Origin: Paraspadella gotoi
Taxonomy: Eukaryota; Animalia; Chaetognatha
Length of the DNA stretch: 64,000 nt
Assembly: GCA_051294375.1 (NCBI GenBank)
Contig: CM119267.1
Coordinates: 26,337,324-26,401,323, forward strand
Direction: 5' to 3'
The notes under the pieces are model-generated. The model had not been told where the DNA came from and did not search any database. It saw only the letters and a list, made by a program, of their open reading frames with translations. Below are positions 23,154 to 35,800 of the stretch, piece by piece (position 1 is the stretch's first letter; each line of letters opens with the position of its first letter). The position numbers and the translations under genes were made by a program.

Positions 23154-24663
23154 CTGAATATTGAAAGTGAACTTTAAGTTCTCTCACGAAATCTGGTCGT
23201 TTAAAAATCATTGCATAAAAAAAAAAAAAAATTATAAAATGAATGTTAATTTACACTTTATCAATTATGACGTCGATAACACTAATACCCAGATATCCAA
23301 CAATATTGTAACTTTTTAAAAACACTACAATTACAACATACTCAGTGAGTATTACTCACTTATGCACGCAGTTCATTAAAAAAATTACGTTCAGAAATAG
23401 TGAGTTTCAGGGATATTACTTTTTTTGGTTCCATCATTCAACTCATGATCGGGACGAGATGTCAAAATAAAAAAAAATCGGATTCTAAATAACGAGAAAC
23501 GCGAAATTACAAGTATTTCGGCCAGTAACTTTCTTTCGTGAACGAATTTCCCGATGATCACGTGACTACACAAGTATTCACTTATTTGTAAAGCATTAAC
23601 TAAAATAACCAAGCATTGTTGCATATGCAGCAGATGGGGGTGCTGTCACTAGTTGCAAGCTAGTATAATGGTTAGCTAATTTCTAGTTTTGTTTAGAATT
23701 TTCACTTTTTTTAGTGAGAAATGAGGTAGCAACATTTAAGCGAAAATCTTTGTATTTTTACTTTGGTTTCTCAAATTCATAGAATTTATCTAATGTGGAA
23801 CAATAACAACAACAACACGCAACCTCAGTTAAAAGTGACCTGACTAACCTTACCCTCGATCGCTTTCACTCTCCCTGTTTATGGTTAACTTTGACCTTGT
23901 AAATTCCATTGTTATAGACTTAGCATCTGAGCCTTTTGACTGTTATTGTTATTAAAATCTTTCTTAATCTGAAAATTGTTGCGTCCACAAGTTTATTTGA
24001 AGACAGAATTAGACAGATTTGACATAATGCTGTAAAAGATACGGATTATTACCGAAGGTTAGTTTCTTGGGTCTTAGTTCTAGCTCTAGTAGTTATATTG
24101 AGTTATTCCCTGAGGCTCTAGGCCCAGTCTTCTTATGCTACAGATCGCGATCGCTCAACCTTCGTTTGGGACGCGACCTTCAGCCAATCATTGTTTTGCC
24201 GCGCCCGGGGCGTCTGGAATCACACCCCTTGTCCAGATTCCCGACAACAACAACGACAACAAAAATAAAATAACAAAAATAAGCAGAGAGGGAAGACGAG
24301 AGGGAGAGGGTTTAGGATTCGAAGAGTAGGGAGAAGACGAAGAAGAGGGAAAATTCCTACAAACTATATCCCTAACTTTCTTATCACGTGACCGTATTTT
24401 TATATGAGACTTCACAAAAGTATAAGGAGTTGTATAAGCTTAAAAAAGTCAAAAACATATTGAAAGCTGCTCTGACCAAATTGATTGTATTCATTGTCCA
24501 TGTATTTATCATCCATTGTTTTCGGTAGATTGCGCGTTGGACCTTCTCTTCGGGGATTTTACTCCTCTTTCTTTTCTTACTAGGCTCAGGTAGATACTAG
24601 GACTTTCCCACCCGTCCAAAAACGGTCTTTTACGAAGTTAGGCAATGTCCGGTCACCGTCACG

Positions 24664-25333
24664 CTGGGTTGGCAAAAACCTGGGTTTTTTTTAAAAAAAC
24701 CCGCCCACGTGGTTTTTTTGGGTTTTTTTGAGTTTTTTGGGTTTTATTGGGTTTTTTTGTGTTTTTTTAAATTATAGATCGCAGACTGTCATATTATTTC
24801 TTTTTAATTAAAAAATTTAAAATATTTATACTTCTTAAGTGATTACTGATAAAAATATATAAAAATATACTGATTATATTTAATAATAGTATTAATTAAT
24901 TAATATTTTTTATGGTAAACAGAAATGTAATAAATATAAATATTATATTTTCTGTATAAAACCTGTTATGAAAAAAGTGTATAAACTTAATTTTATTAGA
25001 AAAAAGTAATTAAATACTCAAAATAATTTGATATAAATATGCATCATAAACATTTATATAAATTACTATTACATTAGTACTTGTTTTTGCCGAACTAATT
25101 TGTCTTTTGGGCTAAAAATAAATTTGGATGTTCGGATTAAGTTAAGATTTTTTCCTGACGTCAATATATTATTATCCTGCATTTTCGTTACTTTACTCCT
25201 GGTGAGGATACCTTTTCAGAGAATTCTTTAACGTGTGACAAATATTCAAATATATAATTTGGGCAAAATGATTTTTGTTTCACAACGAATTTTATTTTAT
25301 CATAGAAATGTAATTTTTCTCTCTCCCTGTCTC

Positions 25334-25371
<38 letters not shown>

Positions 25372-25988
25372 CCTTCTTTCACACAAAAAACTGTACAAAT
25401 TTTCACAAATCATTGACGCTGAAGAAGGCTTGCATCCAAAGCCGAAACATGTACGTTTTCTATGATAAAATAAAATTCGTTGTGAAACAAAAATCATTTT
25501 GCCCAAATACATACAACAACGAAAAAGAAAGGTTATTACCACTAAATATATAATTATATTGAAGTTTAATTTTTTCTGATAAATAGCTTTAAAAGAACCC
25601 TAACCTTGTGTTAAATAATAACAATAGAATAGCAATCATTTTTAATGTGTTGCTCTTAACATAATTTGCGATTCACGATTAGAATTACTTAATATAAGGA
25701 AAATGGTACAGAAGCCAGCAACGAAAGTGATACTGATAGTAAACAAATAAAACATAGGTTTAGGGTTATTTTTTATCATTAAATTATATATTAAGCTTTA
25801 AAAAATGATAGATCTTATATGATTTAAATTTTTGCTTCAACAATTTAATGTTTCATATTAAAAAATTAAGTAATTTTAAAAAAACCCAAAAAAAACCACT
25901 TTTTAGTGGGTTTTTTTGGTTTTTTTTAGCTGGGTTTTTTGGGGTTTTTTTGGTTTTTTTTTGGGTGGGTTTTTTAATGCCAACCCTG
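24664..25988 (+). mobile_element. Complete non-autonomous hAT element (1325 bp)
   Basis: TIR ctgggttggca / tgccaaccctg and perfect 8-bp TSD ccgtcacg at 24656-24663 and 25989-25996. Confidence 0.92.
25257..25508. repeat. Perfect ~52-bp inverted repeat around a ~148-bp spacer
   Basis: atttgggcaaaatg...catagaaa (25257-25308) is the reverse complement of 25457-25508. Confidence 0.9.
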
Positions 25989-26478
25989 CCGTCACGTCAC
26001 GTCACCCCTATGATACCGTTTACAGACCCAGTTTTATGACATGTCCAAACCCGCCAAGAAGCTACTCGTCAATGAACTCGTGGCCAGACTTCTGTAGCGG
26101 AGGAGTTTCCTAACAATATCAACGCAGAGAATGGATTATCAAGTGGCTTGTCTCTTGGCTTCTCCGTCTTTTCTTCTGATAGACCAATCAGAGAGGAGGC
26201 TTCCCTCAGGAAACCGACGGCAGAGAAACGAGAGAATGAACTGGATCACTCTTAAACTTACCACGCCTACTTCCTTCGTTGATATACTTCCTTTTATTAA
26301 TATGGCTTAATTTCTCTCTTAATCATATTAAAAAGAAAAATTAAACCAATACGACACGATGAAAGTCATTGAAATCGTTCTCTGAATACGAATAGGTTAT
26401 TTGAAACATGGTTTTCTTCATATATGACAAAAAATCAATACAAAATAATATTTGGTAGTTAGGATATGACTAAATATA

Positions 26479-27056
26479 GGTTCTAGTTGGTTGGCGAATA
26501 TAATGAAAGGCGCGAGTTAGAGGAGAGGCTCGAGGCTAATGTTGAGACACGGGGATGAACGCATCACCCACGGGCTCCTCTCCCAACCCTAACCCAGACC
26601 TCCCGTTCAACCCTTACCGAAACTGCCTTCGACACATCAACCACGGGCCCCTCCCACAAACCTAAACCAGGCCTCCCGTTCAACTCCATGCCTCTCCCCA
26701 ACCTAACCTTGGCCTCTCATTAAACCCTAACCCTTATTGCCTTCGACACGTCAACCACGGGCCCACCATCAACCCTAAACCGGGCCTCCCGTTCAACTCC
26801 GTGCCTCTCCCTTAACTCTAACCCTGGCCCGGGCCTCTTGTACATCTCCGTGCCTCAACCCTAACCCTAACTGCCTTCGATGCGTCAACCATGGGCCCCT
26901 CCCCCAACCCTAAACCGGGCCTCCCGTTCAACTCCGTGTCTCTCCCCTAACCCAGGATTGGCCTCCCGTACATCTCCGTGCCTCAACCCTAACCGCCTTC
27001 AATACATAACCCACGGGGCTCTCTCCTAAACATCTCCCGTACATTTCCGTGCCTCA
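26479..27056 (+). repeat. Dispersed repeat with internal subrepeats containing CCCTAA motifs
   Basis: Repeated aaccctaaccc / ggcctcccgttcaactccgtgcctc units; inverted relative at 46105-46555. Confidence 0.8.
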
Positions 27057-27789
27057 AGTTATGTCATAAACATGTCCAAATTCCTCTTTCCATTTCTTTT
27101 GTTAATATTGACAATAATTATTATTGCTATAATTATAGTCTTTGATTCATTAAAAAATAATTCCTATCAATGTTATAAGGAGGAAAGAAAACTTATTAAT
27201 TTTTTTTAATATAAAAAACATTACAGTATTATTATTAAAAGTAATGGTTTATCAAAATTAATAGCAAATGATCACAATAACATAAGATAAGAAAAACTGA
27301 CCTCCATATCCCTCTTCAATACTTATGGAAAACATAAAAGAAAAAAATAAAGAAAAAATGAAAAATTTAAAATTATAATTTTGCATAAAAAATAAATAAA
27401 TCAAAAAAATAAAAATATTAGATTATGACAAAATCGATTGGGAAAAATCTGATTTTTTTCAAAATGCAAAATTATTTCACAAGTTCCTTATTTATAATTC
27501 TCAATGAGACAAATGTTTATTTCAAAAATTTAAATATTCAATTTTTTAATTAATTAAAAATCATTTTAGAGTACTAAATTTTAAAATATTTTTATAAAAA
27601 TTTATACCTAATATTCTAAGAAGATGATTTTCCCAAAAATGTTACTTAGATCTTTCTTAAAACGCCAAACAAGTCACAGCCACAAAATGAATACAAAAAC
27701 TATAAAAAAGCAATATTGTTTTGTCATTCTGATTTAGAGATATTTGGTTGATTGTTATGCCTTAAATTTTCTTTAAATAAAAAAAATCT

Positions 27790-28460
27790 TAAAAGCAATA
27801 GGATCGTCGCAATTGCATAAGAAAAATCTGGATTGACGACAAATTTTGATACTAAAAAAATCAAATTTGAGAAAAAAAAAATCCACGAAAATCTCGGATG
27901 TAAATTTGTGAATAAATGGCGATATTAAAAGTTTTTAGAGAGAAAAAATTAATCAGAGAGAGAGAGAGAGTGAGAGAGAGAGAAAGAAGCCAAATCATTT
28001 TCAGCAGCAGAGGCACCCAGAAAAAAAGAAAGAAATCAAAAGGCAGCAGCAGAAGCAGCAGGATAAAAGAGAGAAAAAGAAGGAGCCCCTGCAAAGGAAG
28101 CTGCAGACTCGTTTTTTTCCCCTATGATTATGAATCAGTGACTAGGGAAAAGAGAGGGGGAGAGAGACATGTAATTAAAAGAGAAAAGAGAGAGAGAAAG
28201 AAATATGAAAATAAAATGTTTGTTTTGATAAAACGTAAACAAAACATATTTAATAACTGTCCTGACCCAATTTTAAGCACATCGATGATGAGAAGCTGTA
28301 TATAAATTTTCAGCTTCATACACCCAAATTTAATCATAAAAAATGCTATCTATAATTTGGAACGCCGACGACAACAACGACGACGACGACAACGACTACG
28401 CCCCTTATGCGCAAAAGCGTTACAATATCGTCGCAATCGCTTAGCGATTGCGACGATAAA
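27790..28460. mobile_element. Helentron/HINE-like family B copy
   Basis: gatcgtcgcaat near the left end and terminal hairpin atcgtcgcaatcgc-tta-gcgattgcgacgat-aaa. Relatives at 37065-37528, 37540-37755, 1360-1530 and 58025-58175. Confidence 0.6.
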
Positions 28461-28848
28461 TAGATAGCTCTTGATCTCTACTAGTAAATTGAGTTTGAAT
28501 ATAACTTTTTTTAATGAACAAGTTTAACCCAGATCAATTACAATGACGATGGTCAGAAATTTTGTTACCGTTTCAAGCTACTTTTAGCCTGATTTTTTAC
28601 ATATTTTGATTATCTTTGCGATCTTACTGATGAAAAACAGTCATGGTAAAGAGAGCCTATGTTCGTTAGAATATAAGGCATATGTTAGTAATCAGACAGA
28701 GCAAAAATTTTGGTCACAAGATATATAATTTTGCATGAGAATATAAGTTATGCCACGAGACTGTGCACTGCGACTTAATCTTAAGTTCGGACAAAATCAT
28801 TCTGGTAGAAATCGATTTAAATAAAAAAATTTTAAAAAATTTTAACTA

Positions 28849-28975
28849 TATGGTGGACTAAAATCCACCAACCGTTCATCAGCGGCCATTGGTGCCGGAG
28901 GCAAGTCATTCGCCTCCAACCCAAAGGTTCGGTGGTCGCCTAGCAGTTAAGAGGGACGGGGCGCTTAACCCGTCT
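28849..28975 (+). mobile_element. tRNA-derived SINE-like repeat (partial copy)
   Basis: Nearly identical to 53047-53185, with a small deletion across the B-box. Confidence 0.55.
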
Positions 28976-30466
28976 GATAAGCAGATCCGACTAAAAAGAA
29001 AGTCAAATCTAAATCAAGTTTGAGCAAACTATGTCGGATCTGCCCGACGATCATTAGCGTAATTAATTAATTAATACAAACTATATAAACTAAAACAATA
29101 ACTTAATTAATAAATTAATTAATTTCATCCAAAATGTTTGTTTTTAGGTCTTTTCGTCACTGACCACGACAAAAGCAACGACGACGATGATGGCGATGAC
29201 ATAATGCCGATAATTAGGACTAAGCTCTGACGAACAAAGCCCGAGGTTTTTTTAATATATTCTTATACCGGCGCAAGGTAGAATGATGGCAATATTGTTA
29301 ATATTAAGTTTCAAAAAAATCCGACTATAAATATAGAAATTATTAACCAAAAATCTTTGGAAAATTCACCCCTTCTTTGGAAGATTTTCGCCATAGAAGA
29401 TTTTTCCCGAATCTGACTCCCGGTTGAAAACTCTTAGAATTCCGATCGTTAGCTCCTCTTTTACTTTTACTTTAAATAAAATTTTCACCAAAATGGACTA
29501 ATTCACTTTACCATGATCGTATCATATCAAAATAACCTAATAAAATGTAAATAAAATTTTGAGAGCCCTTCAGACACTTTGCCAAAGGATTCCAAAATTG
29601 GACCTCATTTTTGAACAGGAACATACCTCAGTCACGTTTATATCGTTTTCAAGGAAAAAATCCTTTCATTTCTATATAAAATCAGAGATGGAAAATTTTT
29701 TCGTTCGAAGCAGTCTATTTTGTTCTGGCTTGTTTGATATCAAGATGTTGATGATTTGACAAGAGAAAAAAAATGCGAGCCCTTCAGATGCAACAGGATC
29801 GGAATCAATGTGTTTTCATCGATATTTTACCAGAATTTTTACCAGGAGCGTTTATATTGTTGGTAGTCAGATTTGAACGAAAATCTCCATTGAAAAAGTC
29901 TTCCTCGATCTCTAAGAGCGACGTAGACTCCCTACGATAATGATTGAGTTAAATAATCAATTAATATATAAATAAATTGATTGAATAATTAATTAATAGA
30001 TAACTAAATAAATTGATTGTTTGAATAATTGATTGAATAATTGACCAATTAATTATTTATTAATTAATTGATTAATTAACTGATTAATTATTTGAAATAA
30101 TTAATACATCTTATCTTGCATTTACATTTAATATAAAAAGAAAAAGCATAATCAATTAGTGAAACAGGTTGTTTGTTTTTTCCATTTAAACTCATTTCCA
30201 CTCGAAACTTGATTTTCAGCTTAATCACACACTTCCCTTCCCACCAAAAAATTTTCATTCCAATCCATCCATCCAATCACGAGTAATTGGAGTTTTCTGC
30301 TAAGGTGGGACGGACGGACAGACAGATGAATGGACGGACATCGTTTTTTTTTTGCATAATTTATCATAATTTTATATTCTGACATGATATATGTGAATGC
30401 CCGACAAGATTGAAGGGGCGGACCGACAAAGTGAATTATAGCGTAAAATAATAAAAAAATGCTCGC

Positions 30467-30834
30467 CTTTTGTTGACAGACGGGTCGCGGGGTTTCGGTT
30501 CTTGCGGGACTGCAGAAAGACCGGTGAGGTAAGGAGTGTGACGGGGTCGTTTGGCATGACCAGGGCCTCCAAATTCAGATGGCTTTTGCTTGCGAGCTTG
30601 ACTAGGTCGAGGTGGACCACCTTCCGTCTGGGAGAGAGCTCTTTGCTTGTGCTTAGATCCATTCATGTGGTCCTGGAAGGGTTGGTGGCCTGACATCGCG
30701 ATTTTGCAGATGTCGCACCAGTAGGATTTGATGCCTGGCTGCGTTGAGGCCATTAGGCCAGAGTTGCCGAGTTCTGGCGCGTTTAGATGCGAGAGGCGTC
30801 TTGCGTGCTGTGCTCCACCAAGATGAGAGATGTA
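30467..30834 (-). CDS. Multi-zinc-finger gene exon 5 (end of finger 4, finger 5, basic/Pro linker)
   Basis: ttttag|TAC; YISHLGGAQH completes finger 4; CDICKIAMSGHQPFQDHMNGSKH; ends AAA AG|gcgagc (GC donor), phase 2. Confidence 0.88.
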
Positions 30835-31209
30835 CTAAAAGGGAGCATTAAATTTTTAAAAATAATTTTTGCGTAAGTGCTACACTGTTTTTTTTTTATC
30901 CATGCAGTCGAAAATTTTTACAATCCTGTACAGTTTCTAGTATAATTTTAAGTGCTTAAAACGATCCTCAATCAGATTTTGCGTTAGACCTACGCAAAAT
31001 TGACCGGAAGTTGATGTTGACTACAACATGGAATTTTTCTCTTTTCTTTAATTGCAAGATAAGAAAACAGTTTTATAAAAATAATAATTGCCTAAATTTT
31101 AAGTTACTCTCATTATTTAATAAGTTTTACTTTAAAAATGTTTTTAAAAAAGGTTCTTAGCCATAGTGGGCGTGTCCAAAACAGGAAATGACGCTCAAAA
31201 ACTGATAAA

Positions 31210-32143
31210 ATACTATTCAAATCAGGTAGAGCGCGGGCTTAATTCAAAAGCGTTTTCTCAATATAATGCAAAATTTAAAAAAAGTCCAATAAAAACTTAT
31301 TAAAAACAAAAATCGTCGCACAGTGTTGCTTGTGAGTCCCAAATGCTAAAAAAAAAATTTTTTAATTTTTTTTTATTATTAAATAATATATAAAAATATT
31401 TATATAAATATAATTATAGTGTTAAGAATAAACTTTTTTATTCAATCCGAGAAAGGTAATACTATATATTAAAAAATATATATGCATAAAAAATTATATT
31501 TTATAATAATAAAATTTTAATTTTAATAAAATATAATAATTATATTAAAAATAATAAATCAAAATTTTTTAAAATTTTTTTATTTTAATAATAATAATAA
31601 TAATAATAATAAAATAATAATAATAAATAAAATATAAATATTTTATTTTTTAATTTTACTTTTTTAATTATAATTATTATTTTTATTATTATTATTTTTA
31701 TTATTATTTTATTATCATTATATAATCTGATAATAATATATATTTTATTATAAAATAATTTTATTTTATTTATTTAAAATTATACAAAATTATTTTTTAA
31801 TTATTTTAATATTCAAATGAATTTTAAAAAAATTATTCTTATAATTAATATATAATAAAAAATTATTTTTAACTGAATGGGATTTTTCTGAAAAATTCCG
31901 GCCCAGGATCTCACTGTGCGCCGGTTCTAAAGCTTAGTACTACGCATAGTACTAATCTTTGTTGGATCAAAACGAGCTCGATTTTAAGCGAAAGTTGATC
32001 GGTTTGAAGAGCGATTTTTGCGATTGCTTTTTGGCGATTACTTTTGAACAGATTGTTGGATTATGAAATTATACATGTAGATAATGTTTGCAATTGTCTA
32101 TCGAACGCTACCAAATTTGATATAAAACGAGTTGTTTAGAAAC
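31210..32143 (+). mobile_element. Truncated second copy of the 15397-16911 element
   Basis: Colinear high identity with 15855-16896, including the tagtacta-cgca-tagtacta repeat. Confidence 0.85.
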
Positions 32144-32367
32144 CATAACCATAGAAATAGGTCGAGATGATTAATTAAATTAATATTGTAAGTAAAAACT
32201 GAACAATACAGTAATTTTTTTTTCTGAATGTAAGTAGAGGCATTAGAAAAAGTAAAAAAAATAAATTCAAACATCTTCACCATTATAGTTTGGTACTGCC
32301 TTAAAAAACAGATAATAAACTTGCAAGTTAGATTAATTTTTTTTTTCTTTTTCTCTCATGAGCATAC

Positions 32368-32559
32368 CTGAGCGGCGTTTTCCATTTGAATCTTGCATTG
32401 CTCGCAGTAGTAAGCAGCTTCGGCAGGATCAGCCAAAGTCACGTCGACTTTTCCATTAAAGAGACGACGCGCGTGTTGCTTCCCGTCCAAATGGGCGTCG
32501 TATTGCATACGATTAGAGCCCAAGTTTAAATTGCAAAGGTCGCAGTAGTAGTCAAAAAC
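32368..32559 (-). CDS. Multi-zinc-finger gene exon 4 (finger 3, start of finger 4); not in the ORF track
   Basis: aattag|GTT; VFDYYCDLCNLNLGSNRMQYDAHLDGKQHARR...YYCEQCKIQMENAAQ|gtatgc; 192 nt, phase 0-0. Confidence 0.92.
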
Positions 32560-32807
32560 CTAATTAAAAAATCCTAAAGTATAAGGATCGTCGCAAAAAA
32601 TTCTGGACCCATGACAGGACAGGGGCGGCGAGAGAAATGGCGGGCCCCCCCACTGGCATCCTGGCCGGACCCCCCACTCTCCATAATTTTAGTTTTCTAT
32701 TACCGACTTTCTGCCTTGAAAATTGCTCCAGTGCTCAAACTTCTGCCTACAGGACTTGCAACCTGGCATTGGTGTTTTACTGACACTTTTTTTTTTTTAA
32801 ATCACAA

Positions 32808-35800
32808 TCTTTAATTCTGAATGGAATTATGATTCTTATTGAAACCCCCCCCCACATTACCCTTTTGTCTCCCATAAAAGGCGAGACACCGCGCTGTGAC
32901 CAGACATGAAAAACAAAAAACAAACGAAAAAAGACTCCCGGCCTCAGCGCTGCTGCAGGGCCCAGTCCTGATGCTGCGACGACTCTGTTGAAGTGCTGCT
33001 GCGCCGGGGAAGGGTCACTAGTCCAGAGAAACGCCAACCAAAGCGCCCCACGAGACGTCCCTACACTAGAACCGGAAGAAAGTCAGGTCTCCGGCTCTGA
33101 GGATGACGCCGATATCGACGCCGTGAGCGAAGGCTTCCGAGACTGCCATGGCGCGTGTAGAACCTGGCGGAGCGTCAACATCCGCTTCCAAAAAGACTCA
33201 AAGCCACTCCTTTAGAGCTGCGATGGGACAACGCGATGACGAAAGAAAGGCGAAACGATCTCCGACGGCCTCCTGGCCGAAGCGAGCGCGAAAAGAAAAA
33301 GGGAGCAACGAAGAACGTGAGCAGAAGACGGCGGGAGGGCGACGACGTCCAAGACGCTTAAAACTGAAGCCGCATCCCACCGTTGACGTTTAGTCAAATA
33401 ACGAGGGTAATTAATAAGTTTTATTAATAAGTTTTATTTATGACGGACAATGATTTGGGTGATGACATAGATAACGATGACACGATGACAAAGGTTAAGA
33501 CAAAGGTGATGACAATATTAAACAGTTCAATAATTATTTGAAGAAGTGTTCTTTCTTGAGTTTTGGGTGTAGAGGTGAATGCCTAGAGTTTTCCTAGCAA
33601 TTTTGACCATCAATCCCTCCGTCGGTTTCTCTGTCGGTCATTGGTCATTCTAAGGTTGAAGTAAGGTCTGTGATTCGTCGGCATTCTGATGATTCGTGAA
33701 GGAGACGAGCAATCACATCACTAGGCCAACCAAGTCCGTTTATAGGTCCATTCCGTTGATGCCACGAAGGAAACATCCGACGCGAAGAGGGACGCCGTTC
33801 AAAGGTCCCCTAGGGAAAACGTCGAACAAGGGGATGCTCCCCAAAGGAGAGAGATCCCTAAGGTGGCAAGGTGGCCGAAATCGCTGAGCGGTTAAGGTTC
33901 ACGAATCACGGTGCTGTACGACAAGCCCAGACCTACGAGGTGGGACAGGTACTACAAGACCTCCTTCAGAGACGCATCAAGTCCTCGAACTTCCTTGCGT
34001 TGAAGGAAATCACAGGAGCTCCAGGCTCGAGCATAACGATCCCGGGTGGAGCCTCTCTAACCGTCGGCGATGACGGCGAAAGTTGAATCACTGAGGTCGT
34101 CGAGGTTGTTCGCCCGCCGAAAATCTGCCAAACGGTCAGCTTGAGACGATCGGCTTGCGGCAGCGGGGATCCTGTGCTGGAGCCGGAAGGCGTCGAACAT
34201 TCCGAATCATCAACGACAGGAACCACTTCTGGGCTGGCCAAAACAGAGCGACCAGTAGGAAGATCCCCGACGCCTCCTCCAATTTGCGAATGACGCTCGG
34301 GAGAAGAGACGGCGGAGGAAAGAGAGAGGCCCGATCAAAGCTCCAAGTCTGGCCGAGGGCGTCCACACCCTCCATTGGCGTCTCCGCCTTCCAAGAGAAG
34401 AAACGGCGCACCTGCGCTGATTCTTTCGTCGCGAAGAGGTCGATGGAGGGAGTCCTGAAGGTCTCGCAGATCTGACAAAAAATTTGAGGCAGATGCTAAT
34501 CCGCGACCAGGCTTCCTCTTGTCGCCGCGTCCGTCACCAAGTTCTCCTCCGATGTCAGGTGACTTCCAGAGACGCTTATTCCCAGAGAATGGGCGGCAAT
34601 GAGAGACCATCAGACGACCTTGTGGAGCACCGATGATCCGCTGCACGTGCGCTGAAGGCAGATGTAGGTTGGTGTAGTGTAGAGAGCTGCCGAATCGAGT
34701 GAGGAAAATCTTCAACACCATGAATTCCTTCACATTGATGAGGTGAAGGGCATCTGCAGCCCTCCAGGTCCCCTGACAAAGCTCTCCCTGGAAGAGGATG
34801 CCCCAACCCTCCTGAGAGGCGTCCGTCGTCACTCCAGCTCCTCCCGCGCCGAAGCATCCAACTGCTTTGGGCGATCGAGATCCGCTTCGGAGCGATAAAC
34901 GCGGTTGACGTTCCACTGAATCCGTGCGGAGCGGCAACGGAGAAGCGGGACAGCGAGGGAGGCTGACGTGACTTGTCCAAAAACTGAAGGACTGCTTGGG
35001 CCGGAGGAAGGTGCGTTGAGAAAAAAGTAATCCAAACTTTGGATCGATTCCAACTTGGAAGGCGGGAGTGAGATCCGGTGAAGCTATCTGTCCCAGTGAA
35101 AACCGAGGAAGTCTAAATACTGAGACGGAGCTAGACTCGATTTCTGAACTCTGCCGTCAAAAAAGACCAAGGAGCTGGAGAAGTTGACGAGCGTGCGGAG
35201 AGGGCGTAGGCCGGAAAAAACCTCCACGAGGTAGAGGAGAGGCACTGCCTCCATCTTCGGAAGAGAGAGGGAAAGGCTGTCCCAAACGACTTCTTGAGGA
35301 GGAAGATGAAACCCCCTCTGAGCCACCTCCTCCATCGAGTGGCTCGTCGACCATCGCCTGCCGAGAGGTTTGTTGCCCACTGCCTGCCGAGTGGCTCGTT
35401 GAAATTAGTCCGCCGAGTGGCTCGTCGACAATCGTCCGCTAAGTGGCTCGTCGACAATCGTCCGCCAAGTGGCTCGTCGACAATCGTCCGCCAAGTGGCT
35501 CGTCGACAATCATCCGCCAAGTGGCTCGTCGACAATCATCCACCAAGTGGCTCGTCGACAATTGTCCGTCAAGTGGCTCGTCGACAATCGTCCGCCAAGT
35601 AGCTCGTCGACAATCGTCCGCCAAGTGGCTCATTGACAATCGTTCGCCAAGTGGCTTGTCAACATTCATCCGCCGAGTGGCTCGTCGACATTCATTCGCC
35701 AAGTGGCTCGTTGACATTCGTTCGCCGAGTGGCTCATTGACAATCGACCACCGAGTGGCTCGTCGACAATCGTCCGAGTGTCCGTCCGCGGCGCGATGGA

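Noticed and set aside
35409-35776. CRISPR-like array (26-bp repeat with palindromic core)
   Set aside because: Units are head-to-tail with no unique spacers, no cas genes, and the context is eukaryotic.
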